In this document: positions 24,701 to 35,885 of the stretch, piece after piece
Layout of the letters: every line of letters begins with the position of its first letter
Numbering within the stretch: the first letter of the stretch is position 1
From: Scenedesmus sp. PABB004
Taxonomy: Eukaryota
NCBI GenBank assembly: GCA_014905635.1
Contig: JABVCE010000036.1
Coordinates: 62,001-126,000 of the forward strand
Reading direction: 5' to 3'
DNA length: 64,000 bases
Notes under the pieces: generated by a model
What the model saw: only the letters and a program-made list of their open reading frames with translations
What the model was told of the DNA's origin: nothing
Databases searched by the model: none
Made by a program: the position numbers and the translations under genes

Positions 24701-25885
24701 GCACCGGGTGTGCGGGCACCCGCTGCAGGGCTTCGTTGACCTCCTCTTCCTGGCCAACACCAGCGCCGTCATCCTGGACGACCGGCACAGCGGCTTCTAC
24801 CTCCACGGCCGCAACCACATGCACCACGCCGGTGCGCACGGCCGCGCGCGCGCGCGCATGCGCCACGCCTGCCAGCGGCGGCGGCACGTGCGTCGCGCGC
24901 GCCCCACACGCCGCCTCGCGCGCCGCGCCCCGCCGCCGCAGACGCGACGCTCGCGGAGCTCAACGGCGCGCTGCTGCGCGAGGAGGAGGGCCTGGTCACG
25001 GGGCGGGGCCTGGTCAGCGGCTACGCGGGCAGCTACGGCGGCGGGCTGTGCGGGCCGGGGCCGTCCGCGGCGGCGCTGAACGACAGCCAGGCCTTCCGGC
25101 TGTACGTCTCGCCCGAGCTGCGCCGCCAGTACGAGGCGACGCTGCTCAGCCAGGTGGAGCAGGTGAGGGCGCCCTCGCGCGCGGCGGGCTGGAGGGCGCG
25201 CGGCAGCGCGGCGCCGCCGCCCCGCCAGCGGCCCTCCTCCCCTCGGCGCGCGCCGACGCCGGCGCCGGCGCCACTCGGCCGCGCAGGCGGCGCAGGAGCA
25301 GCGGCAGAACAAGGGCGCGCTCACCGCGGCGGTGCGCGGCCCGGGGCGGCCGCGCGGCGCCAGCCTGAGCGCGGGCGCGGCGATGGCGGAGGCGTTCAAG
25401 CAGGCGATCGACGACGTGGAGCGCAACCACACGACCCACGTGCGCGGGCTGGCTGGCTGGCCCCGAGCTGGCCCTGAGTCAGGGGCAGCTGGTTCAGCTG
25501 GCCCTCATGAGCTGGCCCTCGGCTGGCGCCAACCCCGCGCCCGCCCGCGCCCGCCCCCGCGCCTGCCCGCGCCCGCCCGCAGGTGCTCATCCCGACCTAC
25601 TGGCAGCGCCTGCTGCGCCTGCCGCCCGCGGGCGCGGGCGCCGCGACGCTGCTCGCGCACGACCTTCACTCCGGCTTCGCGTCCGTGCTGCTCTACGGCG
25701 CCGAGCTGCGGCTCTTTGCGTTTGAGGCGCTGCTGTTCAGCGCGCTGCACATGAGCCTGCGCAGCGCGTCCGCTGCGGGCCTGGTCACGCTGCTCGTGCA
25801 GCGCCTGCTCGCCGCCGCGCGGCGGCACTGGGGCGAGGCCAACCTGTCGCGCAAGACGCTGGTGGACCGCCACTTCCTCATCTGA
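21702..25885 (+). CDS. MKS3: Meckelin (TMEM67/MKS3), ciliary transition-zone membrane protein
   Basis: Signal peptide, Cys-rich N-terminus (FFDTSALACAPC), ACNALANLCVLQMY, VRRLFFID, DIFFLDWEKPR, VSAWRGLLVANEWNELQT, FVDLLFLANTS, GFYLHGRN, terminal NLSRKTLVDRHFLI*. Confidence 0.93.
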
Positions 25886-26203
25886 GACCCGCCGCGGGCG
25901 CGCGGGCCAGCGCGCGACGCGAACGTCGGACCGGGCGAGCGGCGCGCGCTCGACGAGGCCTGGCGCGCGAGCGCGTGGAAGCTCAGGCTTCCGGCAACGC
26001 AACTCCGGGCGCTCGCCGCGGCTCGCTGCGGGCCTCGCCGAGCGCACGCGCGCGCCGCTGAAGCGCGGCGCCCGCCCGCCGCCGCCGCCGCCGCCGACAG
26101 CGTGTCTCGCAGCCGTCGCACGCGCATTGGCTCCACGGCCCTCCCGCCACGCCCACACCAGCCCGCACGCCGGCTCACCGCGCTCGCTCGCGCGTCTCCC
26201 ACC

Positions 26204-28132
26204 ATGCGCGCCCTCGCCGGCCCCGCGCTCGCCGCCCCGGGGCGCGCGTCGGGCTGCGCGGGCTGCCAGCCCAGCACCAGCTACGCCGTCGCGCCGCAGC
26301 GCGCCCCCGGCGTGCGCCGGGCGGCCATCTCGCGCCGCGCCGGCGTGCGCGCGGGCGCTGCGGCGTCGCCGGCGACGGCGGAGGCCATGAAGACGGTGGA
26401 GGTGCCGCTGGGGGACCGCAGCTACCCCATTTACATCGGCCCGGGCCTCCTCGACGACGGCGCGCGCCTGCGGTCCCACATCCCGGGCAACCGCGTGCTC
26501 ATCGTGACCAACACCACCATCGAGAAGCTCTACCTCCAGAAGTGCGCGCCGCGCGCGCCGGCGGCGGGCGCGGCGCCGCTGCTGCCGGTGCCGCTGCTGC
26601 CGCCGCAGCATGCGGCACCGGCGCAATGGGGCTGCCGCCGCGGCCACTGAGTTCATGAGCTTGCGGGCCTCAGCGTGGCTGCGCGCCGCCCGCCCCGCGG
26701 CACGGCGCAGGTGCACCGACGCGCTCAAGGCGGCCGACCCGCAGCTGCAGGTCGACGCGGTCGTCCTGCCGGACGGCGAGGAGCACAAAAACATGGCCGT
26801 GCTGGGCAAGGTGCGGCGCGGCGCGGCGCGGCGGCAGCGCGGCGCATGGCAGCGAGCGCGGCGGCGAGCGCGGCGGCGAGCGGATCGGCGCCGCGCCGCT
26901 GTGCCTGCCGCAGGTGTGGGACAAGGCGCTGGAGTGCCGGCTCGACCGCGGCGCGACCTTCCTCGCGCTTGGCGGCGGCGTCGTCGGCGACATGACCGGC
27001 TTTGCCGCGGCGGCGTACCAGCGCGGCGTGCACTTTGTGCAGGCACGGCGCGGCGGCGGCGGCCGCGCAGCGCGGCTGCGCTGCCGCGCTGAGCGCGCCC
27101 AGCGCGGCCCTCACAAACACGCACGGGCACCGACCGCCGCCCGCGCCCGCGTCGCTCGCCGGTCAGGTCCCGACGACGGTGATGAGCCAGGTCGACTCGA
27201 GCGTGGGCGGCAAGACGGGCGTGAACCACCCGCTGGGCAAGAACATGATCGGCGCCTTCTACCAGCCCCGCTGCGTGCTCATCGACACGGCCACGCTCGA
27301 CACGCTGCCGCGGCGCGAGCTCGCGTCGGGGGTGAGCGAGATCGTAAAGTATGGCCTCATCCGCGACGCGCAGCTCTTTGCCTGGCTCGAGGCCCACATG
27401 CCCGACCTGCTCGCGCGCCGCCCCGACGCCGTCGCGCACGCGGTCGAGCGCTCGTGCGTCAACAAGGTGCGGCGGCGCGCGCGGCGGCGCGGGGGCGGGC
27501 GGGCGCGGCCGCCGACGCCGCCGGCGCGCGCGCGCGCGCAGGCCGAGGTCGTGGCCGCGGACGAGAAGGAGGGCGGCGTGCGCGCGACGCTCAACCTGGG
27601 GCACACGTTTGGCCACGCGATTGAGACGGCCACCGGCTACGGGACGTACCTGCACGGCGAGGCGGTGTCGATCGGCATGGTCATGGCCGCAGACATGAGC
27701 GTGCGCCTGGTGCGGCGCGCCGCCCGCGCGCCCGCGGCGGGGGGGAGGGGCGGCGCGGCGCGCGGGGGCCAGAGGGCCCCGGCCCGCGGCAGGCGGCGGC
27801 GGCCGCGGCGGCGGCGTGCCCACCCGACCGCCCCGCCCGCCCCCGCCCGCCCGCGCGCCTGCCGCACTCTCCGCGCGCCCCGGCAGGGCTGGATCGAGCC
27901 GAGCATCCTGGAGCGCACGCGCGCGCTGCTGGTGTCGGCGGGGCTGCCGGTCGAGCCGCCGGCGTCGATGGGCGTCGCGGACTTCAAGGACCTCATGGCC
28001 GTCGACAAGAAGGTCCAGGCCGGCAAGCTCCGCCTCGTGCTGCTCAAGGGGCCCCTCGGCGGCTGCGTCGTCACGGGCGACTTTGACGCGGCCAAGCTCG
28101 ACGAGACGCTCGCCACGTTCTGCGACCACTGA
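26204..28132 (+). CDS. aroB: 3-dehydroquinate synthase, plastid-targeted
   Basis: Transit peptide, then [96 protein letters not shown]. Confidence 0.97.
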
Positions 28133-28410
28133 CGAGCCGGCGGCGGCGCCACGGCGCGGTCCGGGCGGCAGTGAAACGCGCCGCCCGCTGCTCGTGAGAA
28201 GCCGCCTGCAGCTCGACCAGCACACGCGCCGATCAGCGAGCCCCGCCACATCACACTTGGGCGCGCCCGGGAGCTGCTCACTCGCAGCCGCAGCCGCTGC
28301 CGCCGCCGCTGTCGCCCAGACGCCCACACCGCGTTGTCGCCCCAGCTGTCCCATACCGCCACGCCGAGCTCGTAGCATCTCCCCCGCGCAGCGGCACCGC
28401 GTGCAGCAGC

Positions 28411-29581
28411 ATGGACGCAGCGGCAGCGGCAGCGCCGCCGCCGGCCGCCGACGGTGCCGCGCGCGTGTGGCTGAGCTGGTCGACCGGCAAGGACTGCGCC
28501 TGGGCCCTTCACACGCTGCGTGAGCAGGGCGTGGAGGTGGTTGGGCTGCTCACGACCTTGAACGGCGCGGCGGACCGCGTCGCCATGCACGCCGTCCGCG
28601 CGCAGCTGCTGCGCCAGCAGGCGGCCGCCACGGGGCTGCCGGTGCACGAGGTGCGCGGCGTGCGAGGGCGCCGTGCGCGCGCGCGCGCGCGCGCCAGCCA
28701 GCGGCGGCCACCGCCGGCCGGCCAGGCCAGCGCGCGCCCTGCGTGCTGGCGCGCGAGCACGCGGCACGCTCACACCCGGCATCGCCGCGGGGCGCGGCGA
28801 TGCCCCCCCCCCCCCGCCGCGATGCTGCTGCAGGTGGTGCTGCCGTTCCCGTGCACTAATGTGGCGTACGCGGTGGCCATGTCGGGCGCGGTCGCAGCGG
28901 CGCGGCGCGCGGGTGTCACGGCCATCGCCTTTGGCGACCTCTTCCTGCGAGACGTGCGCGCCTACAGGCGGGTGGCGCGCGCGCGGGGTCGTGGCGGCGC
29001 CGGCGCCGGCGCGGAGGCCCGCCGGGCCGCCCCGCGCACGCCCGCGCGCCCGCGCCGCGCTCCCTCGACCGCGTCCGCCGCCGCCGCGTCCGCCGCGCCA
29101 GGGAGTCCAACATGGCGGGCACCGGCGTCGGCACGCTCTTCCCGCTGTGGCTCGCCGACGCGCCGGGGGCGCCGACACGGGCGCGCTCGCGCGGCGCATG
29201 CTGCACGCGGGCGTGCGCGCGGTGCTGACGTGCGTCGACCCGAAGCGCCTGCCCGAGAGCTTTGCGGGCCGGCAGTGGGACGCGGGCCTTGTGGAGGAGC
29301 TGGAGGCGCGGGGCGTGGACCCGTGCGGGGAGAACGGGGAGTTCCACACCTTTGCCACGGCGGGGCCGATGTTCACCGCCGGCGCGCCGCCGGCCGTGGA
29401 CGTGGGCGAGACGGTGCTGCGCGACGGCTTTGCGTTCGCCGACCTGCTGCCGCGCGGCGGCGGTGAGGATGCGGTGGGGGAGCAGGAGCAGGAGCAGGAG
29501 CAGGGGAAGGAGCAGGGGAGGCGCCAAGCGGCGGCGGAGCTCGGGGCGCAGCAGCAGCAGGCGCGCGAGGCGGCAGCCTGA
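28411..29581 (+). CDS. Adenine-nucleotide alpha-hydrolase / Dph6(MJ0570)-like PP-loop ATPase, bacterial-type, with apparent 1-nt frameshift near 29165
   Basis: LSWSTGKDCAWAL, DRVAMHAVR, LPFPCTN, IAFGDLFLRDVRAYRE, LFPLW, LTCVDPKRL, FAGR, VDPCGENGEFHTF. Two introns. Confidence 0.85.
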
Positions 29582-29890
29582 CCCGCGGCCGCCGCGCCGC
29601 CGCTGGCCTGGCGGCGGCGCGCGAGAGCTGCGGGGGCCCTGAACGGCACCGGTACCGCGGTCAGCTCCTGCTGAGCTGCCGCTGTCGCTTCGCCCGCGCC
29701 GGCACGTCACGCTCTCGCTGCCGCGCACCAGCCTCGCCGCGCACTCTCCCACAGGTGCTGACGGCGAGTCTCGAGCTCACACGCAACTCGCCGCCCGTGA
29801 AGCGCGGCCCTGTGCGCGCTTTGGCAGCAGCGCTCCAGCCGCGGAGCGGGAGCCCCGCGAGCTCGCGCAACGCCCCCACAGCAGCTCGCC

Positions 29891-32626
29891 ATGGCACGAC
29901 GGCGCGGTCAAACGCTGCATCGACGTTGCGGAGGCGTGGCCGTCCTGGCGCTGCTGGCCCTGGCCCTCGCAGCGGCGGCGGAGCCAGCCTGCGCGCCTGC
30001 GCTGGACGCGCGGGGCCTGCTGGCCGCGCCGGTTGTGCCCGCGGAGCAGCAGCCGGACGGTTCGCAGCTGGCGCCTGCGCGGCAGCTGCTGGAAGCTGCA
30101 GAGCCCGCGGCGCGCGCGCGGCGGCGGCGGCGGGCCGCCGGCGCGCCGCCGCCGCCGCCGCCGCCGATGCCGCCGGCGCCGCCCCGCCCGCCGCGGCCGC
30201 CGCGCTTGGACCCCCGCCCGCCGCGGCCGCCCAGGTGGGCACGCGCGCGCGCGCGCCGCGGCCTGCGCCTGGGGGCCCAGCACAAGGGCCCACCGCCGCC
30301 GCCCTCCCGCGCCCGCGCGCCGCGCAGGCCGCCGGCGCCCCTGCCGCCGCCGCCGCCGCCGCCGCCCCCGCCGCCACCCGTGGCGCGCGAGCAGCCGCGG
30401 ATCGACCTGGCCGAGGTGTCGGCGATGAGCGACGCAGACCCCTACAAGGTCCGGCGCCGCGCACAGCCTGGCACTCGCCGCGCGGCGCGGCCGCGGCTCC
30501 GCCGGGCTGAGAGGCTCGCCCCCCCCCCTGCTCACGCGTCGCCGCCGCCGCGCGTCGCCGCCGCGGGCGCAGGTGCTGACGCTGATGGCGTGGCGCGAGC
30601 TCACGACGTCGACCGACACCACCAGCCCGCTGACCTTCTGGGCGCTCGCGGGCGTGCACGGCATGCGCTGGCCCTTCAACGGCCACGTCCCCATGTCGGC
30701 GACGGGCTTCTGCATGCACGGCAGCGTCCACTTTGGCGCCTGGCATCGCTTGTACACCGCCACGTTTGAGCGCGCGCTGCTCGCGGCGGCGGAGCGCGTG
30801 GCCGCGCGCTTTGCGACGCAAGCGCTGCGCGATCGCTACGCGTACGTCGCCAAGACGCTGCGCCTCACCTACTGGGACTGGACCGCGCCCACCGTGCCCG
30901 ACCTGCTCACCGCGGAGACCGTGACCGTGCTCGACACGGCGGGGCGCCCCCTGAGCGTGCCAAACCCCTTTGGCCCGTACGTCTACCCGGTGAGAGGACC
31001 GCACCGCACCGCCGAGGCGGCGCGACGCGCGCGAGAGGCGGCTAGGGGCCGTGCCCGGCGTGTGCCGGGGGTGCGCCCGCCGAACCGGCCCGCCCCGCCC
31101 CGCCCCGCACCCGCAGGCCTCGCCCGGCGGCGGCCGCGGCGGCACGGTGACGCGCGGCGGCAACTGGGCGCCGACCATGGCCGTCAACGCGGGCCGCTTC
31201 GCCGCCGAGGCGGCCAGCTTTGTGCGCAGCCGCAGCTGGACGTGTTCGTTCGACCCCCCGGGCGGCACGCCCAGCAGGTGCCGACCGCGCCGCGCCGCCC
31301 CCGCCCGCACGGCGCGCGCGCTGCTGCGCGGCGTGCGGCCAGGGCCGCGCCGCCGACCGCGCCGCCGCCGTCCGCCCGCGCTTGTAACACCGCCGCCGCT
31401 GCCGCGCGCACTGCCGCAGCTGCGCTGGCAACCTCGAGGTCATCCACAACGGCGTGCACAACATCATGGGCGGCAACGCCGGCGAGATGGCGACCGTGCC
31501 GTACGCGGCCTTTGACCCCGTGTTCTGGGTGCACCACGCCATGGTCGACCGCGTGCTGTGGCTCTTCCAGAACAACGGCGGCGGCTGGCAGGCCAGCGGT
31601 GCGCGGCGGGGGGGGGGGGGGGGGGGGGGCGTGCAGGGACGCGCGGCAGCGGCGCGCGCGGCAGCCCACGCGCGAGCCCACGCGCGAGCCCCTGACCGCC
31701 GCCGTGCCGCCGCCGCAGCGAGCTACGTTCCGTTTGAAGAGTACGGCGGCGACGCGGCCAGCCTTGCGTCGTTCAACTACACCTTCCGCGACCCCCTGCA
31801 CGGCGCCGACCTGCTGCCGCCGCCCGCCGGCTCGTGGGGCCGCCGCCGCCTGCGCGGCGCGGGCGACGAGCTGCTGCCGGCCGGGCTGGACGCGGGCAGC
31901 GAGCTCGGCTCTCCCGCTGCGCGCGCCGCGGTGTCGCGGCAGCTCGCCGCGTGGGAGGCGGGCGCGCGCGGCGGCGCCGGCGCCGGCGCGGGCGGCCTCA
32001 CCTGGCTGCTCGAGTTTGGCAGCCTGCGCCGCGCGGTCGCGCCGGGCGTGGTCGCGGCCGTGCACGTCTTCCTGGCGGGCGTGCCCGGCGCGACGCTGCT
32101 GCCGCCGGGCGCGGTGCCGGCCAACGCCACGCGTGGACGCGCGGGCGGGGCGGCCGGCGCGCCGCAGCAGCAGCGCCTCGACGCCAACGAGCTGCGGCGG
32201 CGGCCCGACTGGTGCGGCGCGGTGTCGGGCTTCAACGACGAGCTGCCCGAGCCGATGAGCCCCGAGGACGCCGCGCTGGCCGCCGCCGCGCGCGGGCCGG
32301 GCCGCGTGAGCGTGCTGCTCGACGGCTGCATCGCCGCGGCCGGCCTCGCCGCGGCGCGCGCCGGCGGCGGCGCGGCCGCGCCCGCGCAGCCGGGCGCCGG
32401 CCCCGCGGAGCCGCTCGTCTCCCTCGCCGACCTGCGCCTGCTGGCCCTCACCGGCGACGGGCTCGACGTGAGCGCGGCGTTTGAGTTTGGGGAGACGCGG
32501 CGCATCGGCTGGGCGCGGCGTGTGACGCAGCGTGCGGCGGGCGCCGGCGTCGGCGCGGGCGCGTCGGTGGCCGGGAGTGCCACCGGCGAGCAGTACGGCA
32601 TGGAGCTCGGGTTCTTTGAGGCATGA
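29891..32626 (+). CDS. Secreted tyrosinase/polyphenol oxidase (type-3 copper) with Pro-rich N-terminal region
   Basis: Signal peptide. CuA: LAGVHG, GFCMHG, FGAWHRLY, TYWDW. CuB: LEVIHNGVH, AAFDPVFWVHHAMVDR. C-terminal extension present. Confidence 0.9.
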
Positions 32627-33083
32627 CCGCCGCTGGGATCGCGTGCACATTCATTGGTTTGCGCTGGCATTGCCTTGCGTGGCGTGCGGCGTGCTGGCCG
32701 CAGCGCCCTGTGGCCGCCACGAGCACTGAGCTGCCGCGAGGCATCCGAATGAGTTCTAGGGGTGGCACTGAACACTCGGGTTGCCTCGACCAAGCCCGAG
32801 CGAGCTCCAGCCGGGAGAGCCGAAGCTGTCAGTGCACGCAGCCTGCCGGCTCCCCGAGCGCCCGGCATGTGATGGCACGCGCCGCGGCGAGCTCGCCATC
32901 GAAAGTTTAGAGACTCCCTGGCATCTTAAAAGCCTCGCTGAAGCTCCTAGCCCGCGCGACAGGCGGCCGCGAGCAACTGCGTTTCGTGCCGGACGCCCGC
33001 GCGCCCACCGGCGAGCACACCCGTCCGGCCGCGCCGGCAGCTTCCCTTCAAGCCCCCGGATCGAGTGGGGGACGCGCGCCACC

Positions 33084-35397
33084 ATGCGCCTGGCGGCTGC
33101 GCTGCTGGCCGCGGCGGCGCTGGTCGCGGTCGCTGGCGAAGACCTGAGCAACAGCCTGAAGGCCCACAGCTGGCCCTCGCCCTTGGTGGAGCACGAGGTA
33201 GCGCCGATATCGCCACCCAGCCACCGGAGCCTGGCGGACAACGCGCCAGCGCGCGGCCGCGCGAGCGGCGGGTCCAAGCCGCCCGCCGCTGGCGCGCCCA
33301 AGCTGCCTGCCAAGGCGCCGGCCAAGGCGCCGGCCAAGCCGGTGAAGAAGGCCGTTGCAGCCGTGCAGCCGCGGCTGGACATCAACGAGATCAGTGCGAT
33401 GGCCGACAACAACAAGTACAAGGTGCGTGTGTGTTGTGTGGTGCGTGTGGTGCGTGTGTGTACGCGCGCGTGCGCCGCCGCGCCGCCCCAGCGCTGCCGG
33501 CCGTGAGGCGACTCCCGGGCGCCGCGCGCGGCCGCAGGTCCTCATGCTCATGGCGTGGGACGAGATGGTCCTCTCGCCCGACACCACCAACCCGCTCGGC
33601 CTCTGGGCGCTCGCGGGCGTGCACGGGATGGGCTGGTCCTACGACGGCCTCACCCCCTCGCCCGGCAGCGGCTTCTGCCAGCACGCCGCGCCGGCGTTCG
33701 GCCCTTGGCATAGACCTTACCTGTATGCATTCGAGCGGGGCCTGCAGCAGGCGGCGCTCCGGGCGGCGTCCAAGCTGCAGGACCGCGCGCTGCGCAACGA
33801 GTATGTGCAGGTCGCCAAGACGATCCGCCTGCCCTACTGGGACTACTCCAACCCGGCCCTGCCGTCCATCCTGTCCGACGCCACGGTGACGGTCTTGAGC
33901 CCCGAGGGGAGGCCGGTTGAAATCTACAACCCCCTCCGCGAGTACCGCTACGTGGTGCGCGACACGCGGCGCCGCTGCGCCGCCAGCGCCGGCGGCGCGG
34001 CGCGGCACGCCAGCGCCGGGCCTGGTCGCCCGTGCCCTCACGGCCGCGCGCCGCGCCGGCGCAGAGCTACATCGGCGGCGGGCGCGGCTTGGTCGTGTCG
34101 CGCGGCGCCGACTGGTCGCGCGCGATGTCGAGCATGGCCGGCTCGTACGCGGTCCAGCTGCGCGCCTTTGTCGCGAGCAAGGACATCACCTGCTCCTACG
34201 ACGGCTACTACGGCAGCCGCTGCCCGGGCAACCTTGAGCTTACGCACAACACGGTCCACAACATCCTGGGCGGCAACTCGGGCGAGATGGCGACCGTGAG
34301 CTACGCGGGCTTTGACCCCCTCTTCTGGCTGCACCACGCCATGATCGACCGCGTGCTGTGGCTGTACCAGGCCAACGGCGGGCCTTGGCAGCTCGGCGGT
34401 GCGCGGGGGCAGCAGGGGGCAAGCGGCTGCCCCTGCGCCGCGCGCCGCGCGCTGCGCCGGCGGCACTGACGCGCGCGCTGTGCTGCCGCGGCCGGCAGTC
34501 AACTACACCCCGTTTGCCGAGTACGGCGGCGACGCGGCGAGCCTCAAGAGCCTCAACTACACCTACCGCGACCCCCTGCACGGCGCCGACCTGACAAGGC
34601 CCGACCCGCTGGGGCCTGGCTTTTGGGGCCGCCGCCGGCTTGCGTCGTCGGCCGCCGCGCACGGCCGCCGACTGCGCACGGTGAGCCCGCAGGCGCTGCC
34701 GAGCGAGGTCGCCGCGCCCGACGCGGGCACCGAGGTCGGCTCGCCCGCGGCGGTCGCGGCGGTGCGGCGCCAGCTGCGCGCGTGGGCGGGCGGCTACGAC
34801 GGCTACACCTGGCAGGTGCAGCTCCGGGACCTGCGCAAGACGCTGCCGGGGCTGGACGAGGCAGTGCACCTGCACGTCCTGCTCGCGTCCGCGCCGGGCC
34901 GGCCGCCGCTGCCGCGCGGCGGCGACGCTTTCTCGCACAACGCCCTGCGCGCGCGGCCAGACTACTGCGGGAGCGTGTCGGGGTTCAATGATGTCATGCC
35001 CGCCGCGCGCAACCGGTCGTTTGTCGCGTCCGTCGACCTCACGTCCTGCCTGCGCGCCGCGGGCGTGAGCCCCGACGTCCCGCCCGCGACGCCGGGCACG
35101 CCCGACGCCGGCCCCGCGCGCGCGCCCGTGCGCGTGGCCGACCTGGAGCTGCTCGCCGTCACAGCGAGCGGGCGCGACGTGAGCCGGGAGTTCAGCCTCG
35201 GGCGGCGGCCGGTCATCACCTGGTCCCTGGTCGGCGAGGAGCCCGAGCGCGCGCCGGCGCCGGCGCCGGGTGGCGGCGTGGCCGTCGCCGCGGCGGCGGC
35301 CGGCGCGCCCGCGGCCGCGCCGGGCGCGTTCCGGCTCGCGACCGGCGCCATCGAGGAGGAGGCGGGGGAGGGGCAGGAGGAGCGAGCGGCGCGCTGA
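33084..35397 (+). CDS. Secreted tyrosinase, tandem paralog
   Basis: Signal MRLAAALLAAAALVAVAG, LAGVHG, GFCQH, FGPWHRPYLYAFE, LPYWDY, LELTHNTVH, FDPLFWLHHAMIDR. Shares intron positions with the upstream paralog. Confidence 0.92.
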
Positions 35398-35885
35398 GCG
35401 GCGCGCGGCGCCGTGCGCGCGTGTGGAGGCGTGTGGGGCTGTGGGGGGACTGATCTGGGCTGAGCTGAGCCGACAACGCACTGCCGCCGAGCGCGCCGCC
35501 ACTGAAAGATCGTGCGCCGGCCTGCGCGCGCGCTGTCTTCTCGCACTGACCGTTTCTTGGACTGTGTGTTTGTCGCCAGCGCCAACGGGTGCTCACCAAC
35601 TGTGCCCCCACACCACTCAACGAGCTCAGCACTCGCACCACCACGCCTCCTCGCACTCTGACGCGCGCGCGACACAGCACCAGGCTGGCCCCATCCTGTC
35701 TCCTGGCGGGCCGCCCATTGCGGCGGCGGTCGGGGTTTGTCGTGCCTGGCGCACGCGCTGCTGAAACACCGCGGCGCGTGGTGATGCGCGTGGTGCTGGC
35801 GCGCGGGGGAGCGGCCTTGCTTTCATCACTGTTGGTTCTCCGAGGGCGTCGTGCGCGCCAGTTCAACTGAAAGGGTTCCTGCCCC

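Noticed and set aside
26204..28132. Possible mycosporine (DDGS/EEVS) sugar-phosphate cyclase cluster
   Set aside because: The sequence has canonical plant-type DHQS motifs, and no O-methyltransferase or ATP-grasp gene is adjacent.
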